Source: Porphyridium purpureum (Eukaryota). From it: DNA of 64,000 nt. The translations under genes and the position numbers were made by a program. Below the pieces are notes generated by a model. It saw nothing but the letters and a program-made list of their open reading frames with translations. It made no database searches and was not told the origin of the DNA. Where the stretch lies: contig VRMN01000005.1 in NCBI GenBank assembly GCA_008690995.1, positions 868,001 to 932,000 of the forward strand, in the 5' to 3' direction. Below, in pieces: positions 53,120 through 63,021 of the stretch (position 1 is the first letter of the stretch; the number at the start of each line of letters is the position of its first letter).

Positions 53120-54202
53120 CCCCGCAGTATAATTAGACCAGCACGAATGAGTATCGTCCACTTCATTTGACCATGCGGCGTGAAAGACATCTGAGCACAT
53201 CGAAATCGAACCTTTTCTTGTCAGAAGAAAGAATCTTCTTTCACTTTTCACGAAACGACGTTTGAGCTCTGGCACAATCAAGTCTTGCTAGCTTTCGGTC
53301 GAGTGTCAAAAGACAGATTATTCACCACACGATGGAAGGCATACTGCTGGCGCATTGCGCTCCAGACTGTGGTCCATGATGCAATAGTTTTTCCTCCGCA
53401 GGAGCAGATCCTCGGCTAGTAGTCACGCTTTTCGAAAAGCTCGCTCAAACTTTCACTATTCGTGATCCTTTCGACAACGGCCGGCGTGAGCTTCGACGGG
53501 TTGGTGGAAGTGTACTTGAGACTGTAGGCATCAGTACCTGCTGAGAAGCGGCGAATTGCGCTACCGGAGCGGTTTATCTTACGCGATATTCCCTGCAGAG
53601 CGTCGCATGCTGCCTTGAAGGCCAAAATGGCTCTTTTTCTGCGCTCTGAGAGTCCGCATTTGCGTCGCATGGTACCTGAGCGATTGTGTCGCACATGAGC
53701 GCACACGAAGATCAAAATTCGTGCCGCCTGTCCACGCGCAGCCTTGGATTGTCGCTGATATTGTTCCCGGTCCTATCCTTTTTGTGCGCGCTTTTCACTG
53801 TACCTCCAGTGGAGAACACCGCCTTACATAGTAAAACGATCGAATTTATTATAAAGTCCAGAAAAATTTGGGGGGGTCCTATCCTATTTGTCCGCACTTT
53901 ACTTCCCCTTCGTTCAGTCGCTTATGTACCGCTGTACCTACCGCCCGTAACAAATTTCGTCTGAGCGTCGTGAAAGTAACCTGCGCAGTTTTATGGCCTG
54001 AGACGCGCTGCGGCGCTTGAGTACCGACTGCCGATGTTGACGCTTCCGTTTGTGTTTATCATGAGATCAGGTCGAAACTGCTTATTCCACTCAGATGGCG
54101 ACATACTATGACGTTCACGATGCTCGCCGCAACTGGTTCTAGTGTTGAGATCGACGAGAGCCATGAACGGGTGGCACGGACCACGGGGTTTTCCTCGTGA
54201 GA

Positions 54203-55573
54203 ATGGACGTCTCGCGTGTGGTTTGGGCGTCTGCCGCTGCGTGCCTTGTTCTCCTCTGCGCCTTCGCGAGCATCGCGCTCTCTGGGCAGGGCTCGAATGA
54301 GCGATTTGCCGTTCTTGAAAGCGAGCACGACTGGAATGCAGCCCTTCAAGAACACATGCGGCCGGCACAGAGTGGAAGTGGGGCAGTTCGCGACGCGGAG
54401 ATCTTGGTTTTGGATGACGAGATTTCAGGTGGGAAACTAACTTGGACGAATCGCAGTCTTGGACTCAATCATAAGCCTTACTGGAATACTTGCCACTCTA
54501 CCCTTGATCAGAATCTTTCGGAGAAAAATCCTCTGCTAAAGTTCACTCCAAATCGTCATGTACCTGTTTTGGATGACACGCGCAGCGCGATCATTGTCGC
54601 GCTGATGGGCAGAAGATACGAAGACGGAGTGGCCGAGGTGATCGACTCCTGGCAGCAATTTCTTCTTGGGCTCAAGCCGAGTACGTCGTACGTTATAATT
54701 GTTGTTCTCCTTGGCGGATCGAAAGCTGCGGTTGATGATTTTGTCCAGTTGATTTCAAACTCCGTTGATCCACTCGACTGTGAAGTCGAGCACCGACGAG
54801 CATTTTGTGCGAAAATGGCCGCCCTGGATGGAGGATACAGGATATTCATCGCAAGAGAGTCAGGAATGCACGTTTGGGTCACGTTTCGGCCGGTCATTAT
54901 TCCATCTTCTTTTGGCCGAGTCTCGCATCTTCCATTTGCCGAATTTTCCAAGCTTCAAAAGAAAAAATGCAAGAGCTGCTGCCAGTTCACTCTCCAATAT
55001 GCGTACGCAACGAATTGGTATGGGTTTGAGCTTCCTTTCCTGAAGGTGATAGACTACTTCGACTTTGTCTTCAAATTTGATGCGGACATGAGGGCGTGCC
55101 GCTCGGCCCCGATGGATATGGTTGGCGATATGATTCGTACGCGAGCGGTTTATATGACCAGCCAAACCCTTACTGATCGCAAGTGTAGTGGTACAAACAA
55201 GGAGTTACTGTTCCATTTCTTGGCCAAAGAGGAGCAGCGCTGTGGGTTTCGCATTCATCCACAAGCGAACGAGCATATGTGGTGGGACGACCAGCTCGTG
55301 CCGTACTCAAATTTTTTCGGTGTTTGGCTAGGTCTCTTAACTTCGCCTGAAGTCAGTCGTTTTGCTGTGGAATATCGAGACTTCACCACCGGGCTGTGGG
55401 AGAATCGATGGGGTGACCAGCAGTTTTGGTCCAACATTTGGGGTCTTTTCTTCCCACACGCATACAATGAGCATGTCCTAAATTTGGAGGAATGGCGCTC
55501 CAGTGGACTGATTCAGCACAAGCGCGCGTGTCCAAATGACTCGAATGCTACAAGCAGTGCAAGTCAGCGCTGA
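54203..55573 (+). CDS. Glycosyltransferase family 15-like (KRE2/MNT1 mannosyltransferase-like) protein with signal anchor
   Basis: N-terminal hydrophobic segment; FDFVFKFDAD (DxD), PYSNF, GLWENRWGDQ resembling the GT15 RWGD motif. Confidence 0.7.
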   Translation: MDVSRVVWASAAACLVLLCAFASIALSGQGSNERFAVLESEHDWNAALQEHMRPAQSGSGAVRDAEILVLDDEISGGKLTWTNRSLGLNHKPYWNTCHSTLDQNLSEKNPLLKFTPNRHVPVLDDTRSAIIVALMGRRYEDGVAEVIDSWQQFLLGLKPSTSYVIIVVLLGGSKAAVDDFVQLISNSVDPLDCEVEHRRAFCAKMAALDGGYRIFIARESGMHVWVTFRPVIIPSSFGRVSHLPFAEFSKLQKKKCKSCCQFTLQYAYATNWYGFELPFLKVIDYFDFVFKFDADMRACRSAPMDMVGDMIRTRAVYMTSQTLTDRKCSGTNKELLFHFLAKEEQRCGFRIHPQANEHMWWDDQLVPYSNFFGVWLGLLTSPEVSRFAVEYRDFTTGLWENRWGDQQFWSNIWGLFFPHAYNEHVLNLEEWRSSGLIQHKRACPNDSNATSSASQR

Positions 55574-56554
55574 TTCGCAAATTTTCCGAACTTTGCGGAA
55601 GCCGTATCGAAAAGTGAGTAAGAATGGGATGCTTGATGGCATGCGACTTCAACCTATAAGATGTGCGACAGGACGAATGATTGTCGCGGACCTGGCCGGC
55701 ATCAATCTGCGTCGGAGGGAAATGATCAACCGATGGAAGAACTGGAGAACCCGCAGTCCTCCAACCACTGCGCGTTTCTTTGGCACGAAGCTGGGTCGCA
55801 GTTTGCCGGATCTGTTTTTTGTACTCGCAAATAATATCGAAAATTATAGAGAAACATATTTGAATGCATATGTCTATATGTTCTGAGTCCGCGAAAATTC
55901 AACCGCGATTTACCCGATGCAGCTGCGCCGCGGCGTATACAATACACCGAAGGCACAGATTCCGTCTGGACCTCAGCCAAAGAAAGAAGTCTGGACATCC
56001 AGTAAAACCCATTGAATTGCAAATGGAAGGTGAGTCGTCGACTTCACAACAGTTGGATTTCAAGAAACGCCGCTTTGTGCGCTTCATCGCCACGCAGCGT
56101 CTGTGGCGTTGCAGTCTCGGCGGTAAGCTGCCATCGATGCCGTAGTGCTGCCGACGAAGGGAGAGCGCAGCGCGCGATTGTGGTCAGCGTGCGGAAAGCA
56201 CGGGCGCACGCAACGCGCCACCAGAACCCAGCTGTACCTTCGGTGGTGGAGGTACAGTCACTGACGTCCAAATATCTCAATTTTCAAATTTTCGAAAACG
56301 ACATGAAGCACGAAGCTGAAGCCTTGAAAGCTCTCATGGTCGCCATCACCCCATACAGCTGCTCGAGCACAGGCGGGAAGTAGAGGTGGCGCCAAGGTGC
56401 ATGACACTCACAGATAGAGGCCAGCGACCCAGACCCTTTCGCAGAAGCCGCTTGACTTTGTGCGTCGCGCGCGTCCAGCAGATAGGCGAGCCGGCGCTGC
56501 TGGCTTTCGTTTGGAGCAGGACGACGTCCCGGGCAAGCACAGTCGGCCGGCAAC

Positions 56555-59500
56555 ATGGCGTGCAGTGGAGGATGCGAGCTGGAGAAGCTGCTGGAAGAAA
56601 CCGAACATGAGGTCGCAACAAAACACGCTGAGAATCTTCAGCTGAAGGTTGAGCTCCAGCGAGCGATCAAGCAGATCGAGCAAATCAAAAAAGAGGCGCA
56701 GCGAGCTGACGCAAATAAGGAGAACGACGCTGATGGGTTGCAGGCAAAGCTGAATCAAGCTCTACTTGTCGAGAAGAAACAAATGGCTTCGCAGCTTGCG
56801 TCTGCCCAGTTTGCACGTGACCATGCGAAAAAGGAACTTGCCGCGACACTTGAACAGCTCGAGGCCAGTCAACGCGAAAAGTTGGCCGCACAAGAGGAGC
56901 TCATGAAACGGAAGCGGGTCTGTGACGAAGCAGAGCGCGAGTGCCAAAAGCTCAGAACCGACCTGGAGGCCTGCACAACTGCCTTTGAGAGAGAAATCGC
57001 TGAGCTTGACGAAGATCTGATAAAAATGAAAGGCTTGTATGATGCTGCTGAGGCCGCACGCAAGGCCCTGGAGGAACAGGGCCTCAATCATGATGAACAG
57101 TTGGCAGTCGAGCGTGAGAACGCAGTCGAAAAGGCCAAGGCACTCGAGAAGACTCGCGCCGACCAGCAGAAACAGCATGACGTACTTCAAGAAGAGCTTG
57201 CAAAGACAAAGTCTTCACAGGAGGGGCACATGCACGAGTCCGCGCGCTTGACACAAGAGGTGAATTTGCTTCGGGAGCGTAATGAAGAGCTTTACAGTCA
57301 CGTGGGCATTTCTGATGCTAGAATTGCAGAACTGCAAAATCAAGTGCAAGAACTTGATCGTGCCCGTCAAACGAAGGAGGTTGTTGGGAAGGATCTCGAG
57401 CTCGAGCTTGAGGGCGTGAAAGCGGCTTTCAGCGCGGCATCGAAAGCGCACGATGAGGCATGTGCAGCGCTAGAGTGCATGAAAGTAGAGCTTGGAACGG
57501 AACGAGAGAGGGTCGCTTCCTTCCAGTCTACTAAACGACAGCTTGAGCAAGCTGAGCGAGAAAACACGCACATCGCTCAAGAGCTGCAGAAAATTTCTGC
57601 CCAACTGGACAAGGAGCGCACCAAGAGCGCTGACCTTGATCTCGCGCTGAATGATACGCTTGACAGGAAGAACGGCGTTGAGGCCGAGCTTCGTCATGTG
57701 TTGGAACAATACGCACACCTTCAAAGTCAAGATGGAGAAGCAACTGCACGTCTGGAGCAGATGGAAGCTGAGTTGATGCAGATGCGCCACTCATCTGCCG
57801 AGCTTCGAGATGTAGCATGCGGCAACCAAGTCCAAGAGTGGCAAGCTGTTTTGGCGCGTGAGCGAGACCAGCTTGCGCGTGTGCTAAATGACAACAATCG
57901 CCTGCAGCATGCAGTGTGCCAGTCTGAGCAAGAGTACTCACAACTTCATCTGGCGCTGCAGCAAGCACACCAGGCGATGGCAAGTCAGACAGAGTCCCTG
58001 CGCCAGTCATTCGTCCAGCAGATGCAGGCAACGAGTGCCGAGTATGACGCAGTGGAGGCTGAGCGCGCCCGTCTGAGCACAGAATGCGACATATTACGTG
58101 CGCAGGTAGATAGCACCAAGGCCACATTGCTTGCCGAGTTGGAGGCAGGCGCGCGACGTGTCAAGACATTGGAAGATGAGAAGAGCACACTCTTACAGCA
58201 CGGACAGGACCGCGAAGAATACGAAGAAATCATGCGTCAAGAAATCGCCAAGTCTGAGCGGCGACTGGATGAGGTGCATGCCCAGGTTAGCGCTTTGACA
58301 AAGAGTCTGGCAGAGCGTGACGAGGGACTAAAGCTTGTTCGCCGAGAGAGCGTGGAAGAGACGCGTCGCTTGACAGATGAACTCAAGACCTGCACGCACG
58401 AGCTGGATTCCTTCAAGGCTCGAGTTGCAGCTCTGCAGTCGGTCGAAGCACAGAACAACTCGTTGGTTGGGCAAATCCATGAGCTTTCACAGCAAGTGCA
58501 GGACAAGGACGTGATCCAGGCACGCTGCGAGGAGCTTGAGGCGGAGCTTGCCGAATGTCGTGCTCAAATTCCATTGGTGATGAGCGACATGGCCATCGTG
58601 CGAGATCGCTTGACGCTCGCTGAGGAGCGCGTGGTTGACCTGAAGCGTGTCGAGCGTGTCTGCGAGCGGCTCGAGACGCAACTGCGCGAAGCACAAGAGC
58701 GCGTTCAGTCGTACGATGACTTGGATCGCACTGCGCTGGCCCTCAAGATCCAGCTTGCGGCGGTGCAAGAGGAGTTGGAAAAGGCATGGACGCATGCGGC
58801 AGCTGTCGATGCCGATCTCCAAAAAACTCGGGCGGAAAAGGAGCGATTTGCGGGAGAAATGCAAAGCGAAGTGGAAGCCGGGAGGGCTGAACACGCCGAA
58901 GAATGTTCGAAGCTCAAGGCTGCAGTTGGAGAAGCCGATGCTGCATGTGCTCATCTTCGACAGTTGCTATGTGCACGTGACCAGGTCATTGCCAACCTTG
59001 AGGCCTCTCAAAATGCCATGAAGAAGGAGCTTGAAGATACGCAACATTGTTTGACTGGAGCATTTGAAGAGCGCAACAAAGTGATGCTCGAGGTTGTAAG
59101 TTTGAGGCAAGCAGAAGCGCAGCACAAGGTCCTTGAATTGGAAGTGAAAGACTTGCGTGCCCGTTTGGAAGCATTGCAGTGCACTGAACGAAAATATGAG
59201 GAGCTGAAAGCCACTGAAGTGACACTTAATGAGCAAGTTGGGCGGCTCGAGTCTGAGATCACGTCATTGGCTGCCATATCGTCGGAAAGCTTGCGGAAGG
59301 AGCAAGAAGCACAGGAAGCGCTGAGACGCACTGTGGCAAGTCTCGAAGAGCAAACGCATCTTGCCGAGACACTCGAGGCTCGTGTTGCTGCGCTGTCTGA
59401 AACTGAAACAAAATACACTGCGCTTGCTTCCGGTATGGAAGCACTAGACAAGCAGCTGCAAGGTCGCGAAATTGAGCTGGCAAAAGTCAGCGAAGCGCTG

Positions 59501-60295
59501 ACTGTTGCAAAACAGGGACTTGAACTTGCACAACTTGAAGCTGATCGAAGAGTGCAGGAACACGTCGATCAGACGCAGCACAAACTGAACCAAATGGAGG
59601 CAGAGCACAGCGAACTCGTGGAACGCGAACTGTCACTCAAGCAAAAAGTGGACCTTTTGGATGAAGAGCTCTTGACGGCGAGGAGGGCCATGTCGAGCTT
59701 GGAGAGGGCACTCGCTGATGCTTCTGCGGAAGAGAGCAGCATTCAGGCGAGTATGAAGGAGGAGATTTGTTCATTGCAGAGTCGCTTGGACGACACAGAG
59801 CAACGCGCATCTCAGGCCGAGGAGTCGGTGAAAGGAGCAACGAGCGAGCAGCTTCGCATCCAAGAAGAGCTTGACGTGGCTCGAGCGGAGCTGCTGAGCG
59901 CACAGGAGGGCAAGGCTGGTCTCGAGCAGGCCCGTGACGCTCTGCAAAAGAAGCTGCAAGCCGCTGAGGCGGCCGTAACCGCTTCAGCATCACCGCTGCA
60001 GAAGTCCTCGACAAGAAAGCGAGCACGGGAAGAGGAGACAGAATGTGCCGAATGTGCTCGAAACTTGGACGCTAACTCGAAGCTTCGCGTCAAGTTGAAA
60101 AAGGTAGAAGACAATGCGCGTAAGCTCAAGGTGCTGCTGAGCGAAAGCGAGATTGCAAGGCAAGACTTGGAGGAGCTGTACGCAGAGGTGGAACGCGAGA
60201 AGCGCAAGCTGACTCGAGAATCACGTGCGGCGCTCAAGGAGTCTGACGCGGGCCGCGCGGGCTCCCAGACGCCGAGCAAGACGATGCAGCTGTAG
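56555..60295 (+). CDS. Long coiled-coil protein (1246 aa), family unassigned
   Basis: E/L/A/Q/K heptad composition, almost no Pro until the C-terminal SPLQKSSTRKRAR (SP site and NLS-like stretch). Confidence 0.85.
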   Translation: MACSGGCELEKLLEETEHEVATKHAENLQLKVELQRAIKQIEQIKKEAQRADANKENDADGLQAKLNQALLVEKKQMASQLASAQFARDHAKKELAATLEQLEASQREKLAAQEELMKRKRVCDEAERECQKLRTDLEACTTAFEREIAELDEDLIKMKGLYDAAEAARKALEEQGLNHDEQLAVERENAVEKAKALEKTRADQQKQHDVLQEELAKTKSSQEGHMHESARLTQEVNLLRERNEELYSHVGISDARIAELQNQVQELDRARQTKEVVGKDLELELEGVKAAFSAASKAHDEACAALECMKVELGTERERVASFQSTKRQLEQAERENTHIAQELQKISAQLDKERTKSADLDLALNDTLDRKNGVEAELRHVLEQYAHLQSQDGEATARLEQMEAELMQMRHSSAELRDVACGNQVQEWQAVLARERDQLARVLNDNNRLQHAVCQSEQEYSQLHLALQQAHQAMASQTESLRQSFVQQMQATSAEYDAVEAERARLSTECDILRAQVDSTKATLLAELEAGARRVKTLEDEKSTLLQHGQDREEYEEIMRQEIAKSERRLDEVHAQVSALTKSLAERDEGLKLVRRESVEETRRLTDELKTCTHELDSFKARVAALQSVEAQNNSLVGQIHELSQQVQDKDVIQARCEELEAELAECRAQIPLVMSDMAIVRDRLTLAEERVVDLKRVERVCERLETQLREAQERVQSYDDLDRTALALKIQLAAVQEELEKAWTHAAAVDADLQKTRAEKERFAGEMQSEVEAGRAEHAEECSKLKAAVGEADAACAHLRQLLCARDQVIANLEASQNAMKKELEDTQHCLTGAFEERNKVMLEVVSLRQAEAQHKVLELEVKDLRARLEALQCTERKYEELKATEVTLNEQVGRLESEITSLAAISSESLRKEQEAQEALRRTVASLEEQTHLAETLEARVAALSETETKYTALASGMEALDKQLQGREIELAKVSEALTVAKQGLELAQLEADRRVQEHVDQTQHKLNQMEAEHSELVERELSLKQKVDLLDEELLTARRAMSSLERALADASAEESSIQASMKEEICSLQSRLDDTEQRASQAEESVKGATSEQLRIQEELDVARAELLSAQEGKAGLEQARDALQKKLQAAEAAVTASASPLQKSSTRKRAREEETECAECARNLDANSKLRVKLKKVEDNARKLKVLLSESEIARQDLEELYAEVEREKRKLTRESRAALKESDAGRAGSQTPSKTMQL

Positions 60296-60512
60296 AGCAT
60301 GGACTTAGTAGAAAAGAGCATCGATGGTGTGGATGCTGCTCGTACCTGCTCTTGTGACAAGTGCTTGTGGTGTGCCAGGACATGCAAGGACGGCACTCAC
60401 AACCATGACGAAAAGGGGCGAAAGACGTTGAACATGAACAAGGGTCGAACAAAAGAAACAAATACAAATTTTCTGATGCACCACCAACCAAGTCTTGCTT
60501 GCGACTTTGTTC

Positions 60513-61883
60513 TCACTTTGGTAGAAATGGCGCAACACCTTTGCCCGAAGCTATGCCTACGAGCATTGCGACGAACGCATACTTTGCGTATCCGGTCTCG
60601 TCCGCACCAATTGCTACAGTGAGCGGGCCGTTACATACACCGAGCGTTCCCCACCCGGCACCAAACAAAACGCTCCCCAGTAGGAGCGGCATATCGAGCT
60701 TTGCCTTGGCGGGAATAGATAGGTCGCAGCCAAAGACCGCACACGAGCCTCGCCGCTTGAGCGCGTAAAAGCCTATCGCTGCAGTAGTCAACGCAGATGC
60801 CATGACAAACGCTAAACTTGGGTCCCACCATGGGCGATCAAAGTCCAGAAATGAAATCACCTTATCCGGACGCACCATACCAGATACGCACAAGCCAAAG
60901 CCAAAGTTGAGCCCGCTCACGAGGCTCATGCCGGCGTGCAGTGCGTGCTTCTGCAGCGGCTTTGTAAGGCGCGGCGCCACAACGCGGTACGCTAGCGCGT
61001 ACAGAGCCACAAAGGCGGCGTTCAGGGCTGCAAATTGAATGACACCGTCGCGCGACGGCCACGCGAGCGGTGGCGGGTTTTTCTGCTCGTGCAGTCCGAA
61101 AGCCTCGCCCGACCTGCTGAGCTTACTTGTGACGAAAGCTGTGGTCATATAGCTGAGAGTGAAAGCAATGCTGCGAGTGGACAGTCGACTCATGCCGCAG
61201 ATGCTGTGACCAGACGTGCACCCATTGCCGATGGCCGAGCCGATCCCGACCAAAAACGAACCCAGTAGCATGCGGCGCTTGTCCACGCTCTCAAAGATGT
61301 CTGGCGCGAACATATCCTTGCAGCCAAACTGGCGGCGTGCAATCCAGCCGGCACCAGCCAGCCCAGCCAAGTAGGTGAAACGCCACGCGGTCTCGATGCG
61401 CGGCCGTGTGAGCAGCGCACCGGCCAGCGCGCCCGAGTTTCCCGTGACGCGCCCGAACAGCAAGGCGTTTGCTACGACGGCCAGCCCGATACTTACTCCA
61501 CCGAGCGCGCCGTCGAGCGGCGCAAACTTGCCGCGTGAGCAGAACGTTCCGGTGGATGCGACGGCAGCGGCATCTGCGGCCGGCGCGATGGCCTCGACGT
61601 CGGCGTGGGCGGGATCTGCCGCAGCACAATGCGCCTTGGAGGGACGCAGCAGCGCAACCAGCAGTGGGGACATGGCCACTGCGCCGCGCAGAGCGCGGAA
61701 CCGCGGCACGATCGCGAGCTCGCGCAAGAGCATGGCGGCGATGGCGCGCACGTTGAGCGGCGCCCAGGCTGCGCGCGACGGCGACTGCGCGGCTTGAAAC
61801 ACACCGGCCAGCGCGCGCTCCAGGACAAGTCTCTTGGCGACCTGCAGCAGCACCGTAAACCCCAGCTCCAGCGCTCCCAACAT
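60513..61883 (-). CDS. YeeE/YedE (thiosulfate/sulfur transport) family membrane protein, fused two-half form
   Basis: GNGCTSGHSICGMSRLSTRS, GLCVSGM.RPDKV..FLD...WDPSL, GAGWGTLGVCNGP; multiple TM helices. First ATG at 61883. Confidence 0.9.
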   Translation of the reverse strand: MLGALELGFTVLLQVAKRLVLERALAGVFQAAQSPSRAAWAPLNVRAIAAMLLRELAIVPRFRALRGAVAMSPLLVALLRPSKAHCAAADPAHADVEAIAPAADAAAVASTGTFCSRGKFAPLDGALGGVSIGLAVVANALLFGRVTGNSGALAGALLTRPRIETAWRFTYLAGLAGAGWIARRQFGCKDMFAPDIFESVDKRRMLLGSFLVGIGSAIGNGCTSGHSICGMSRLSTRSIAFTLSYMTTAFVTSKLSRSGEAFGLHEQKNPPPLAWPSRDGVIQFAALNAAFVALYALAYRVVAPRLTKPLQKHALHAGMSLVSGLNFGFGLCVSGMVRPDKVISFLDFDRPWWDPSLAFVMASALTTAAIGFYALKRRGSCAVFGCDLSIPAKAKLDMPLLLGSVLFGAGWGTLGVCNGPLTVAIGADETGYAKYAFVAMLVGIASGKGVAPFLPK

Positions 61884-61983
61884 GCTGTGCCGCCGTGACG
61901 CCGGGCTGCAGCGCAGCACACTCACGCTCTGCACACGCTGCGCTCCTTCCGCGCGGACATTCCGCGCCACCGCAAGTGAACAA

Positions 61984-62038
61984 CTGTACCGCAAGTTGAC
62001 TGTACCCTACTCGATTGCGCGTACAGTGCGGACTGTAC
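61984..62038. promoter_or_regulatory. Cluster of four CTGTAC motifs in the divergent YeeE/ENY2 promoter
   Basis: CTGTAC at 61984, 62000 and 62033, GTACAG at 62021; the same motif clusters upstream of many genes in the window. Confidence 0.6.
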
Positions 62039-62206
62039 ATTGGCTGTCTAGCAGAACGCGCTGTTTTGTCAGTGCTCAGATTTGTATAGCAAAAAAGTGT
62101 GATTTTGTGATGGGTGAGCGCGCACGCTGCCGAGACGCGTGCGGGGAAGAAGGGTGTTGCGTGCGAGTGGCATGGGGCTGTGGAGTGGTAGTGATGGTGA
62201 TGGGCG

Positions 62207-62913
62207 ATGAGTGGCTCGATGCATCGGGGACAAGAGCTGCGTGGCGACGTCGCGACCGACCCTGCGCAGATATGGGTCGACGCAAACGCCTCGGAAAGGT
62301 AAGGTGCGGCTCGCGCTGGTGAGTGTGTTTTGACAGGTCGGGAGATTGCGGATCCACTGATTGCTTTACTGTGCGCCATGCTGCGTCGTGACTGTCTTCC
62401 ATCGTCTACTGGTTCCACGCCTCTGCGGCGAATACTGTGAATGCATGCGTGTGTGTCGAAACGTACATGTCCGAATTTTGCCTTGGCTCTGTGTGCCGCG
62501 TGGCTGTGCCTGCGTGCCCATGTGCGGATATGCGTAGATTCAAGCAACGACTGCGGGACCAGCTCGAGCAGTCTGGTTGGCGGACGCAGGTGTTTGAAGA
62601 ATGTGAAAGAATTATTCGCACCGCCGAGGAGAATGAGAGTCTCGTGTCGACGCAGGAGGCGCACGCTCACGCACTCGGCGCAATGACATTGGCGTCCTTG
62701 TTTGAAGCCGTGCTTCCAATGGCGCTGGAGCAAACGCCTCTGGAAGTTATAGAGCTTGTGAGAAATCTCGCGGCCCAGCAGGAATTTCAACCGCTCTCGC
62801 CTCGTCCAAGCACGGTCAAAGACGACTGCCTGTCGCTAGCGAGCGTCCCGGAGCAAGGCATGCCCAATGACCTGCCCAATGCAGTCGATGAAGATGACCG
62901 TGCCACGAGCTGA
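62207..62913 (+). CDS. ENY2: Transcription/mRNA export factor ENY2/Sus1, two exons (62207-62298, 62538-62913; 155 aa)
   Basis: Spliced QIWVDANASER-FKQRLRDQLEQSGWRTQV..C..II...TL..L...V.P.A....P..V matches the ENY2 pattern. Confidence 0.82.
62299..62537 (+). other. Spliceosomal intron (239 nt, phase 2) in ENY2
   Basis: AG|GTAAGG donor, TAG acceptor, CACTGAT branch-like site at 62355-62361; splicing joins AG+A into Arg in frame. Confidence 0.8.
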
Positions 62914-63021
62914 GATGTGGGCGACGGCTGGGCATTGTGCAAGAATGGGGAGAAAAAAAATTAAAATAAAAAAAATTAAGAGAGATAAAGAAAAAAATTT
63001 ACAAACTCTTCTGCGCCGCAA

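Larger units (their letters stand above)
45727..53902 (-). mobile_element. Decayed Tc3-like IR/DR DNA transposon (copy B), split by the gypsy element
   Basis: Left end TA|CAGTG. GGATAGGACC at 45754 and 45880, inverted at 53769 and 53875. HTH N-terminus from ATG 53670 (LSERRKRAIL...ISRKINRS..AIRRF); GGSIMIWG motif cut by the insertion. The right outer terminus is degenerate. Confidence 0.88.

Noticed and set aside
56012..56554. Upstream exon for the coiled-coil gene (ATGGAAG|GTGAGT at ~56023)
   Set aside because: A donor-like site exists, but no convincing branch point or acceptor could be assigned; needs RNA-seq.
61291..62790. 499-aa minus-strand ORF
   Set aside because: Off-frame over YeeE and antisense to ENY2; no recognisable domain.
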